DNA of 64,000 nucleotides, taken from the IMG/VR virus record IMGVR_UViG_3300032116_015796, positions 16,257 through 80,256 of that record; one strand, written 5' to 3'. This document shows, in pieces, positions 51,129-59,543 of the stretch (position 1 is its first letter; each line of letters starts with the position of its first letter). A program made the position numbers and the translations under genes. This DNA is from a virus. The notes below the pieces were generated by a model. The model had not been told where the DNA came from. It saw only the letters and a program-made list of their open reading frames with translations, and ran no database searches.

Positions 51129-53159
51129 ATGATAGAATCGAAAGATAATGATGGGCAAAATAAAAACAGAGGTAACGAGAGTACCTCTACGCCAGTTTTA
51201 GATAATTTCAGTCGTGATTTGATAAAATTAGCTGAAGAAGGAAAATTAGACCCTGTTATAGGTCGTGAACAAGAGATTAATAGAATCGCACAAATTCTTT
51301 CAAGAAGAAAGAAAAATAACCCAATTATTATAGGTGAGCCAGGATGTGGTAAAACTGCAATCGCAGAAGGATTAGCAATAAAAATATTCAATGGAGAGTG
51401 TCCACGTAATTTGATGGATAAAAAAATTGTCTCATTAGATATGACATCTATTGTCGCGGGTACAAAATATAGAGGTCAGTTTGAGGAAAGAATGAAAGTT
51501 ATTATCGAAGAACTTCAAAACGCACCAAACATAATTGTATTTATTGATGAAATTCATACCATAGTTGGCGCAGGTAATTCATCAGGGTCATTAGACGCTT
51601 CGAATATTTTTAAACCCGCATTGGCAAGAGGTGAGATACAATGTATTGGAGCGACAACATTAGACGAGTACAGAAAAAACTTTGAGAAAGACGGAGCATT
51701 AGAAAGAAGATTTCAGAAAGTTATAGTTGATTCCGCGTCTAAAGAAGAAACAATTCAGATTTTAAAAAATTCAAAAGAAAGATATGAAAATTATCATAAA
51801 GTAATCTATTCTGATGAAATTTTAAATCTATGTGTTGATTTGGCTGAAAGATATATTACAGATAGAGAATTTCCTGATAAAGCGTTTGACATTTTAGATG
51901 AGGTTGGAGCTAGAAGTCAGGTTGAGGTTAAAATTCCTGAAATAATTGAGAAACTTAAACAACAAGCTTCTGATATAAAACAAGAAAAAATTGAAGTTGT
52001 TAAAAAACAAAACTATGAAGAAGCCGCAAATCTAAGAGATAAAGAAAGACGAATATTAGATAAATTAGATTTGGAGAAAAAGAAATTTGAGTCCGAGCTA
52101 ACTAATTCTAAAAAAGAAGTTACGGAGGACTTAGTTTATGATGTGGTTTCTAATATGACTAAAATTCCTGTATCTAAACTAAATTCAAATGAGACTCAGT
52201 TGTTATCAAAATTAGATGAAAGTCTAAATAAAAAAGTAATAGGTCAGTCTGAAGCGGTTACAAGAATTGCTAAATCAATTAGAAGAAATCGTTTAGGTAT
52301 TAAAGACCCTAACAAACCTATCGGCTCATTTATTTTCTTAGGGTCAACAGGTGTTGGTAAAACATATTTAGCAAAACAATTAGCGAAAGAGATATTCGGT
52401 AGTGAAGACAATATGATAAGAATCGATATGTCAGAATTCCAAGAAAAACATACAATATCTCGTTTAATTGGTGCTCCTCCAGGATATGTCGGTTACGATG
52501 AAGGAGGTCAATTAACTGAACAAGTTAAGAACAAACCGTATTCAGTTATTTTATTTGATGAGATAGAAAAGGCCAACAAAGACATATTTTCTTCATTATT
52601 ACAAGTTTTAGATGATGGACACATAACTGACGGTTTAGGTAGAAAAATTAATTTCAAAAATTGTGTTATAATTATGACATCTAATATTGGAGTTAAAAAA
52701 TTACAGGATTTTGGTACAGGTGTCGGATTCAAAACGTCCTCAAGTTCATACGTTGAGGAAGAGCATAAAAGAGCAGTTTTAAAGAAGGAGTTACAAAAAT
52801 TTTTCGCTCCTGAATTTTTGAACAGAATTGACGAAGTAATAATTTTCAACACTCTTAAAAAAGAAGAAGTTAAACAAATTGTTAAATTGGAGATGGATAA
52901 ATTAATTTCAAGATTAACTAATTTGAAATACAAAATTTCATATTCTGATGATGTTTTGGATTTAATTTCTGAGGTTGGTTTTGATGAGACTTATGGTGCA
53001 AGACCATTAAAAAGAGCAATACAAGATAAAGTTGAGGACTTTATTTCTGAAGAAGTTCTTAAGGGGTCAATAATCGAGGGTAATTCTTATAGTCTTTATG
53101 TTAAAGACAATGAAGTAAAACTTAAGGAAAAAAAGGTAAGAACAAAAAAAGGGGAATAA
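51129..53159 (+). CDS. clpC: ClpC-like AAA+ unfoldase lacking Clp_N domains
   Basis: GEPGCGKT and GSTGVGKT Walker A motifs, UVR-like YEEAANLRD, GVGF ClpP-docking loop; begins directly at STPVLDNFSRDL. Confidence 0.9.
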   Translation: MIESKDNDGQNKNRGNESTSTPVLDNFSRDLIKLAEEGKLDPVIGREQEINRIAQILSRRKKNNPIIIGEPGCGKTAIAEGLAIKIFNGECPRNLMDKKIVSLDMTSIVAGTKYRGQFEERMKVIIEELQNAPNIIVFIDEIHTIVGAGNSSGSLDASNIFKPALARGEIQCIGATTLDEYRKNFEKDGALERRFQKVIVDSASKEETIQILKNSKERYENYHKVIYSDEILNLCVDLAERYITDREFPDKAFDILDEVGARSQVEVKIPEIIEKLKQQASDIKQEKIEVVKKQNYEEAANLRDKERRILDKLDLEKKKFESELTNSKKEVTEDLVYDVVSNMTKIPVSKLNSNETQLLSKLDESLNKKVIGQSEAVTRIAKSIRRNRLGIKDPNKPIGSFIFLGSTGVGKTYLAKQLAKEIFGSEDNMIRIDMSEFQEKHTISRLIGAPPGYVGYDEGGQLTEQVKNKPYSVILFDEIEKANKDIFSSLLQVLDDGHITDGLGRKINFKNCVIIMTSNIGVKKLQDFGTGVGFKTSSSSYVEEEHKRAVLKKELQKFFAPEFLNRIDEVIIFNTLKKEEVKQIVKLEMDKLISRLTNLKYKISYSDDVLDLISEVGFDETYGARPLKRAIQDKVEDFISEEVLKGSIIEGNSYSLYVKDNEVKLKEKKVRTKKGE

Positions 53160-53173
53160 TTTCCCCTTTTTTA
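53145..53173. terminator. Bidirectional terminator
   Basis: AAAAAAGGGGAA-TAAT-TTCCCCTTTTTT between convergent genes. Confidence 0.85.
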
Positions 53174-54001
53174 TTACATGAACATTCGATATTGATTTCC
53201 TTTGGGTTCAATATATCCGTGTTTACTATAACCCAATTTTTCAATCATTTTTTTTCCTGTTAAAATACCATTATAAACATCCTCAACAACAACATACTCT
53301 TCTCTTGTGTGATAATTGTAATAACCAATTGCAAAATTAATACAAGAAAAATCAAATTTTTGTTTTAGTGCATAAACATCAGTATATGGGTGAGATTGAT
53401 ATTTGTTTCTATTATCAAAATTTTCGGTTAAAACCTCATCACAAGATTTAAAAAATTCACTATTTCTATCAAATAATTTTGTCCCCATGCAGTATTCCGA
53501 AACCATAGAATTTCCAGGAGCGTCAAACTGAATTGCATAACCAACATTAATAAAGAAATTTGAATCCGCGTTTCTTGAACCATGACAACCTGTTTCTTCT
53601 GATACAAAAAACGCGGCTTTCAGATTTGGTAATTCCTTTAGTAATTCAAGACAGGCGTAAATCCCACATTTGTCGTCACCACCAATTCCTGTAGGTAACC
53701 CTTTATCATTATACGCCTTCAATGAAGGTTTTAGGACTTTTTGTTCGTTGGGTAAATTTTCTTCTCTAATGTTTATTGAGTCTAATTCGTGTACAGTATC
53801 TGTATGGGACACAACACAAGGGAAATATTCGATATTTGGGTCAGTTTGTTTTGTTGCATAGATGTTGAACATATCATCAACTTCAAACGGTATATTGTTT
53901 TCAGTCAACCAATTTGTTATAAATTCAACCATCATATCCTCTTTGTAAGTTTTACTAGGGATTGATAGGACATTTTTTAAAAGTGTGTAATCTCTTTGCA
54001 T
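53174..54001 (-). CDS. M20/M28-family zinc peptidase
   Basis: SHTDTVH, GGDDKCG, EETG, D, YH metal ligands. Confidence 0.85.
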   Translation of the reverse strand: MQRDYTLLKNVLSIPSKTYKEDMMVEFITNWLTENNIPFEVDDMFNIYATKQTDPNIEYFPCVVSHTDTVHELDSINIREENLPNEQKVLKPSLKAYNDKGLPTGIGGDDKCGIYACLELLKELPNLKAAFFVSEETGCHGSRNADSNFFINVGYAIQFDAPGNSMVSEYCMGTKLFDRNSEFFKSCDEVLTENFDNRNKYQSHPYTDVYALKQKFDFSCINFAIGYYNYHTREEYVVVEDVYNGILTGKKMIEKLGYSKHGYIEPKGNQYRMFM

Positions 54002-54010
54002 GATACAAAG

Positions 54011-55399
54011 TTACAACTTTTTCCGAGATTTCAAAACTTTTCTTTCAAATAATTCAAAATTATATAAAAAAGAATTAAATTCATCAAGAGTTAAACTTCT
54101 ATTTTTTGTAGATTCAAATTGTCTTTGAGTTACAATATTTATCTTATTTGTTTTAGGGTCAATTGAACGAATGTTAAATTTAAGGTCTTTGTCTTTTGGT
54201 GTAGGATACCATTTATCAAAATCATAACGTTTCCTAACTTCAAGATTAACATATTTAAATTCATCTAGGTTTGAGAATCTGTCACTACTTTCTACCTCTT
54301 CTATCATTTTTTCAATCTGAGATAGTGCGTAATTATTAAAGGATTCAGTATCAAAATCGTCACATCCATACTCATACATATATTCTTCATAAGGTCCAAC
54401 ATTTAATTCGTGTCCTAACTTGGATAACAATTCTTGTAAAGTTAAATCAGTATCTTTATAAAGTTTATAAAGTGATAATAAAACATTAACGGTAGTAACA
54501 TAACTGTGGAAAGTATTTTTTTCAAATATACCGTAATTAACAAATGGATTTGATAACTCATTTGTTATTTCTTTTTCTGCAGTTCTTGACATACACTGTT
54601 CCTTTTCAGATTGAAAGTCGTCAACTATATTTTCCGTTAATCTTGGAAATGTATCCATTAATAATTTAGAAATTTTTTGAGCGGTTTCATCATTAAGGTC
54701 TTTTACATTAGGTATAAAATAAGAAACTAACTCAAACAATTTTTCTCTTGCTTCACCATTTATGTCGTAAATTAGATACCCCTCATTCCAATCTTGATAC
54801 GCATAGTCAGAATGATAAAATCCCATTTCATAGCTCCCATAATAAGAATATAAATTTCTTAAAAACCATATATCATGTTCACCTAAATCAAAAAGTTTAA
54901 AATAATCTTCATTATCATCAAAAGTTAATTTAACCATACTTTTACCAGGTGATTTTTCATTAAATTTAAATCCCCCTATTAAATCATCATATCTACCTAA
55001 TGTGTGTTCAGGATATTTTTCACCGCTTTGTATTTTTTTTAGTAATTGGTATATATTTTGAACGGGTATTGTTTTGTAAACAATATTCTCAATCTGAGGG
55101 AATTGATTAAACAACTCTGAAGATTTTATTTCTTGGTCCTCGTCATCTAAATAATGTACCCCATATTCTCCAACACTGATTACATATGATTTTGTTGGTA
55201 ACCATTGATTACCTTTTTTATCAACTACTATAAAAGTATCACCGTATTTGTGAGTACCCCATTTTTTCCATAGAAATGGAGGGCCGAAGTATTTCGCAGA
55301 TTCATATGAAAGACATTTTAGGAAAATAACCTCATCATCTTCATACAAGATTTTACTACCTTCGTAGGCTTCGTTTTTTAATTCTTCTTTTTCGGACAT
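54011..55399 (-). CDS. Hypothetical protein
   Basis: 462-aa ORF with no motif recognised. Confidence 0.75.
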   Translation of the reverse strand: MSEKEELKNEAYEGSKILYEDDEVIFLKCLSYESAKYFGPPFLWKKWGTHKYGDTFIVVDKKGNQWLPTKSYVISVGEYGVHYLDDEDQEIKSSELFNQFPQIENIVYKTIPVQNIYQLLKKIQSGEKYPEHTLGRYDDLIGGFKFNEKSPGKSMVKLTFDDNEDYFKLFDLGEHDIWFLRNLYSYYGSYEMGFYHSDYAYQDWNEGYLIYDINGEAREKLFELVSYFIPNVKDLNDETAQKISKLLMDTFPRLTENIVDDFQSEKEQCMSRTAEKEITNELSNPFVNYGIFEKNTFHSYVTTVNVLLSLYKLYKDTDLTLQELLSKLGHELNVGPYEEYMYEYGCDDFDTESFNNYALSQIEKMIEEVESSDRFSNLDEFKYVNLEVRKRYDFDKWYPTPKDKDLKFNIRSIDPKTNKINIVTQRQFESTKNRSLTLDEFNSFLYNFELFERKVLKSRKKL

Positions 55400-55425
55400 A
55401 TTTATACAAATAAATACACGAAAGA

Positions 55426-55477
55426 TTTGGTATTAATCTTTTTATTCGTATATTTGTAAAACAAAAGTTCTTTAACA
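55426..55477 (+). promoter_or_regulatory. Bacteroidota-type promoter plus boxA-like element for tmRNA
   Basis: TTTG(55426)-N19-TATATTTG(55449-56)-TAAAACA; GTTCTTTAACA at 55467-77. Confidence 0.8.
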
Positions 55478-55480
55478 TAT

Positions 55481-55871
55481 GGGGGTAACTCTGGAATTGA
55501 CTGGCATAGATAGTCATTCGGGGCACGTCAGGGACGAACTAACCCTGTCAAAATGGTTCAAAAACGATAAACGGCAACGTTATCAACAAACTTTCTGCGG
55601 TAGGTCTTATCCGTACTGAGGAAAGCGTAGCAGTAGCCTAATTGAATTAGGTTACTAAAGGGGTCGGCAGACATATAACCTTGCAACAGAAGTCGTAGTT
55701 GTGGTGGATTACTATTGAACCCTAAATCGAATGGTAACCATTGTTTGTTGATTTACGATGGTGAAGAACAAATCAACTATTTTTGGAACATTAGAAAATG
55801 TTAACCTAAGCGTGTAGTCCTTAATGGGTAATGTGAACAGGACTTGGGTTCGAGTCCCAATACCTCCACCA
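55481..55871 (+). ncRNA. ssrA: tmRNA; tag (A)GNVINKLSAVGLIRTEESVAVA
   Basis: GGGGGTA/TACCTCC-ACCA acceptor stem with G3:U70, GGAATTGAC D-loop, T-arm GGGTTCGAGTCCC, tag ORF at 55573-55641. Confidence 0.93.
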
Positions 55872-55875
55872 AATT

Positions 55876-55903
55876 AAAAACCCACCAATCGGTGGGTTTT
55901 TTT
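55876..55903. terminator. Bidirectional terminator
   Basis: AAAAACCCACC-AATC-GGTGGGTTTTTT. Confidence 0.85.
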
Positions 55904-56465
55904 ATTTTAATAGTGTTATATGTCCGTAGGTTTGATGGAATCTATTATCTACATCTTTCCATTGTAAACAATAAACATAAACACCATCTTGACACATTTT
56001 ACCATTGTAAGTTCCATCCCATCCGTAATCCAAATTGTAGGACTCAAAAATAATCTGACCCCATCGGTTTACTATAAAAAAATGCTCATCAAAGTAATTG
56101 TAACCTTGTGGTTTCCATACATTATTAATTTCATCACCATCAGGTGTAAAAGTATTTGGAGCCCACATTGTGGTGTTAGGACATTCAACTAAATTTACAG
56201 TATAGTATACCATATTTGAGGGACATAAATCCTCTCCTTGTATCGCACTTAGTTGGTATGACCCGATAGAGTAATTACTCCAATTTACTGTCAAACTAGT
56301 TGTTGTAAAAATTTGACTGTCTAAAGACCAAGATATTAAACCTGATACTGTAGATTGAGTACTATAAGTAAAAGTTAAATCATTATCCTCACATTTCTCA
56401 ATAGTTTGTTGAGAGAACAGACTTGATGAACATACCAATGATAATATAAGAAATAGTTTCTTCAT
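55902..56465 (-). CDS. Secreted protein with a T9SS type-B (gliding motility-associated) C-terminal domain
   Basis: Signal peptide; PNTFTPDGD..N.W.P..NRWGQ..F....WDG.YNG....GVY.Y...GHITLLK. Confidence 0.88.
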   Translation of the reverse strand: MKKLFLILSLVCSSSLFSQQTIEKCEDNDLTFTYSTQSTVSGLISWSLDSQIFTTTSLTVNWSNYSIGSYQLSAIQGEDLCPSNMVYYTVNLVECPNTTMWAPNTFTPDGDEINNVWKPQGYNYFDEHFFIVNRWGQIIFESYNLDYGWDGTYNGKMCQDGVYVYCLQWKDVDNRFHQTYGHITLLK

Positions 56466-56467
56466 AC

Positions 56468-57034
56468 TTAATTGTGTTGTATTGGGGATAAAACAGGAAT
56501 TGGATTAACCGTTACTGAAGTGGTAGTTGTAAATGTACAACCGTTTTGTGTTACCGTGTAAGTTATGTTAAATGTACCGACACCACTTGTAGTTGGACAA
56601 AATTGATTACCAACAACACCTGTTCCTGACCATGTACCTCCAGCAGGTGTTCCAACTAAATTAACACAAGGGTCGTTAGAGCAAAACGGACCTATTGATG
56701 TTATTGTTGGGTTAATCTGTAAAATAAAAACATTTAAATTTACAGGAGTACTTACACAACCTCCAGGACCTGTAGCGGTTACAGTAACTGCATTTGTAAT
56801 CAACCCAGGACCTGCGGCAGACCAATTGACATTTATACTATTTGTACCCGCTCCACTCGTAATAACACCTGGTGCTAAAACAGTCCAAGTATAAGTGTAT
56901 CCCACTCCCAAAGAAGGGACTTGGTAAATTGACCCTGAAGTATTGATACATACAGTGTCGGGATTAGTTGTTGTTAATTGACCATAACTTATCATGGAAA
57001 TTAACATTAGTAGTATTGTGAGAAATTTTTTCAT
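56468..57034 (-). CDS. Secreted Ig/PKD-like protein ending in PIQHN
   Basis: Signal peptide; YTWTV..G.ITSGAGTNSINVNW; GTPAGGTWSGTGV. Confidence 0.8.
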   Translation of the reverse strand: MKKFLTILLMLISMISYGQLTTTNPDTVCINTSGSIYQVPSLGVGYTYTWTVLAPGVITSGAGTNSINVNWSAAGPGLITNAVTVTATGPGGCVSTPVNLNVFILQINPTITSIGPFCSNDPCVNLVGTPAGGTWSGTGVVGNQFCPTTSGVGTFNITYTVTQNGCTFTTTTSVTVNPIPVLSPIQHN

Positions 57035-57052
57035 TTTTTTCTTTTTTATATT

Positions 57053-57640
57053 TTAGTTATGACTTATAGGTCCAACAATTGGTGGTGTAGGGTTGCTTGT
57101 TCCGTTGTAAATATTAAATGGTGTCGCCAAATCACACGAAGTACTATTCCAACTTCCCCATAACCCATCTGAACCAGGTGTAACTTGTATTAATAAATTT
57201 TGTGGTGTACATAAAGTGGATACTGTTACTTGAAAACAAAAAGTCCATACACATGAACCATTGTCCCCAAAGTCATTCGCAGGATTACCATCAATAGTTA
57301 AATCAAAGAAATATCCAGGACCTATAGGACCCACAGGTGTAGGACATGATGTCATCCAAATCCATTGTCCTCCTGAAACCGCTCCTCCACAATTTGCGGG
57401 TGGAGATACGGGTGTTAATCCTGTCCATCCAGGACCTAAAGTTAAATCAAAACCCTCAATCCAATTGGACCCCGTTTGAGTATACCCATTCATGGTATAA
57501 CATACGTTAACTACAGTACCAGGAGTATATCCACCAACAGGTGGTGTTGGGGTTAGTGTAAAAGTTTGAGCCCCATTACACTGACTAAAAACAGGTAATG
57601 ATAAAAGAAAAAATAATATAGTGAAAATCGTTACCTTCAT
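57053..57640 (-). CDS. Secreted Cys/Gly/Pro-rich beta protein ending in PISHN
   Basis: Signal peptide ending VFS-QC; same C-terminal motif as its neighbour. Confidence 0.75.
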   Translation of the reverse strand: MKVTIFTILFFLLSLPVFSQCNGAQTFTLTPTPPVGGYTPGTVVNVCYTMNGYTQTGSNWIEGFDLTLGPGWTGLTPVSPPANCGGAVSGGQWIWMTSCPTPVGPIGPGYFFDLTIDGNPANDFGDNGSCVWTFCFQVTVSTLCTPQNLLIQVTPGSDGLWGSWNSTSCDLATPFNIYNGTSNPTPPIVGPISHN

Positions 57641-57685
57641 TACTATAAATACGAATATTTCACTATAAAGTTGTCTGTTATAAAC

Positions 57686-57728
57686 AAAAAAAGGGAGAAT
57701 ATTGGTGGTTAGTCAATTTCTCCCTTTT
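57686..57728 (-). terminator. Terminator closing the RNA locus
   Basis: AAAAGGGAGAA...TTCTCCCTTTT stem; the A run at 57686-92 is the minus-strand U tract. Confidence 0.8.
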
Positions 57729-57729
57729 A

Positions 57730-58095
57730 ACCGTGGAACTTTCTCTGTCGGTAAGTCCAACCCGATACTTTTGTTAGTGAGACAAAAGTAACCATTGTCG
57801 TATGGTCGAGTTTGTACAATTTAAACGTCTATGTTTTTTATCATTTTTTCATATTTAAACACCTACTAAAATTTTTGTGGTTATCACAGAAATCCACATC
57901 TTAAAAAAAGGTGTCGTACAGTTTTCTGTCTATTGCCAGACAAAGTCATGTCGAGGACTCAAGCGGCGCTCTTATTTCCTTTACTTTTTTCCTTAAGGGT
58001 AAAAATGTGTGACAAAGAGTCTGAACCATCACGAATAAAACCCTGATTGTTCTGTTTTGTTCTCAGTTTAAACTCATGTTAGGTGTGATACAATT
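57730..58095 (-). ncRNA. Unidentified structured ncRNA candidate (~320-370 nt)
   Basis: No ORF; nested stems found by eye (CTTTGTC/GACAGAG, AGTCC/GGACT, ACACCT/AGGTGT, TGTGG/CCACA, TGTCTG-GCAA-TAGACA, three-way junction); boundaries approximate. Confidence 0.5.
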
Positions 58096-58122
58096 CTAAA
58101 GAACACCTATCGGAGTCACTTG

Positions 58123-58194
58123 TTGCGGGAGAAGGATTCGAACCTTCGACCTCAAGGTTATGAGCCTTGCGAGCTTCCACTGCTCTATCCCACT
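58123..58194 (-). tRNA. tRNA-Met(CAT), initiator (fMet)-like; CCA not encoded
   Basis: 72-nt cloverleaf AGTGGGA-TA-GAGC..GCTC-G-CAAGG-CTCATAA-CCTTG..GAAGG-TTCGAAT-CCTTC-TCCCGCA-A; 1:72 mismatch and A11:U24. Confidence 0.92.
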
Positions 58195-58202
58195 ATATGG
58201 CT

Positions 58203-59061
58203 AAGGCTGAGATTATACCTTTTATTTGAGAACCTTTCGAGTCATTATTGCTTCTACTCTTATCCACTTCCTTTTGAGAAGTATTTCTCAGTGACGGTCT
58301 TTTAGGTTTACCACTCCTTGAGGTCTTGGTTACTCTCTTATTACTCAACTCTCTTCGAGGATGCCTCCCCAATTAATCCTTGCGGGATTAGAGGTCTTTG
58401 GTAAAACTACACTCGGACTTGGGGTCTTTGTGTGCAATGAACGGCTCATTACTATGTAGTCACCTTTCACCAAAACCTGGTAGACACTTTTCCTTAGATT
58501 TCATAATTAATAGGACTTAATTTTTAGTCATAAGTTTTGTGTCGTGGATGTATCGAAGTAGTGGTCTACCCTAAGCTCAGTCATCTTTTGAACAACTGAA
58601 TACTAAACTACTCCGTGAGATGTCCCCACCTCCATATTTCAAGTTTACTTCGTACCAAGACCTTGGTGGGTCTTTGATAAGGATAGTAGCGACACCACTC
58701 GTTCTCTATCTTACCTTTCGGTTTTAAGTCCACTTTCATATTGGAACCCGCAATTATGTAATTGGATAACTACACCTCTCACTTGATTCCTATGGGTTAT
58801 TCTTATTGGTGTTCCCACCTCAACCAAACAATCCACATTGCTTGGTCACCCAACCACTTTCCCTAAAGCGTCGCCCTCAGTACTGAAGGTCGGGTGATAT
58901 CCCACTTGTATACTCGAGTTCGGTTTCCCAAACCGCAGAATCATCAACACGGGTGATTCCACTTTATCCTACTTTCGTAGTTTATTTAACGACCATATAC
59001 GGCCGATTATCTTTTACAGGTTATCATCTCCCCGAAGGGGTACTTTCACCTGATGGATAAT
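58203..59061 (-). ncRNA. Large structured ncRNA, GOLLD-like (~860 nt)
   Basis: No credible ORF; GC-richer than flanks; many GNRA/UUCG hairpins on the minus strand; abuts a tRNA; 3' hairpin AAGGTATAATCTCAGCCTT resembles my recollection of GOLLD 3' ends; family needs a covariance-model search. Confidence 0.7.
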
Positions 59062-59067
59062 TCAATC

Positions 59068-59137
59068 TTTCAAAGAACTCTATCGGACGTTTCCGATTTG
59101 TTTTACAAAGTTAAGAACAATTTTTTTAATTTCCAAA
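59068..59137 (-). promoter_or_regulatory. Promoter/hairpin/boxA cassette 1
   Basis: TTTG-N20-TAACTTTG-TAAAACA, ATCGGA-AACG-TCCGAT hairpin, GTTCTTTGAAA. Confidence 0.8.
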
Positions 59138-59158
59138 TTTTTCTCAAACTTTTTTTTC

Positions 59159-59275
59159 GGTTATTATAACTGTTGCGGTAACATGTCTCATTTACACTTT
59201 AAATGCGAAGGATTCCCGTAGTCACTTTCCTCACATACAACAGTAGCCCTACGGACCTAGACTGTTTCTATAACC
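59159..59275 (-). ncRNA. Small pseudoknotted ncRNA candidate (~117 nt)
   Basis: GGTTAT/ATAACC terminal stem, AACA-GTCT/AGAC-A-TGTT, CCGTAG/CTACGG, CATTTA/TAAATG and pseudoknot ACTGTTGT/GCAACAGT; has its own promoter cassette. Confidence 0.55.
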
Positions 59276-59281
59276 AATTTT

Positions 59282-59349
59282 TTTAAAGAACTCATCGGAC
59301 ATTTCCGATTTGTTTTACAAAGTTAAGAAGAACTTTTTAATTTTCCAAA
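59282..59349 (-). promoter_or_regulatory. Promoter/hairpin/boxA cassette 2 (direct repeat of cassette 1)
   Basis: TTTG-N20-TAACTTTG-TAAAACA, ATCGGA-AATG-TCCGAT, GTTCTTTAAA. Confidence 0.8.
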
Positions 59350-59366
59350 TTTTTCTTCAACTTTTT

Positions 59367-59510
59367 TTAAGATACTACGTATACATCGTCAGTACCGTGA
59401 AATTTAGCTCTTGCCATTGCAAGAACGGCACTACAAGTGTAATACTTCACACCATCATTCCCATAGTAGTAGAACAAAGGTTCGTCAATTACTTGTGTTT
59501 CGTTACTCAT
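59367..59510 (-). CDS. 47-aa small protein MSNETQVIDEPLFYYYGNDGVKYYTCSAVLAMARAKFHGTDDVYVVS
   Basis: ATG-TAA ORF below the track cut-off, directly downstream of cassette 3. Confidence 0.65.
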   Translation of the reverse strand: MSNETQVIDEPLFYYYGNDGVKYYTCSAVLAMARAKFHGTDDVYVVS

Positions 59511-59543
59511 GTTTGAGTTTTTAAACAGTTAATACTCGGTTAA

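Noticed and set aside
58120-58305. 61-aa plus-strand ORF
   Set aside because: Antisense shadow of the tRNA and the large RNA 3' end
57730-59275. RNase P RNA (GAGGAAAGT at about 59224-32 and GAGAAAGTTCC at about 57735-45, minus strand)
   Set aside because: The partner P4 3' strand and the order of conserved regions are not found; short matches alone are insufficient
59068-59370. Direct repeats as a CRISPR array
   Set aside because: Only two ~85-nt copies plus one degenerate copy, with spacing above 100 nt; they are explained as promoter cassettes and no cas genes are present
59310-59516. 68-aa plus-strand ORF
   Set aside because: Antisense to promoter cassette 2 and to the better-supported 47-aa minus-strand ORF
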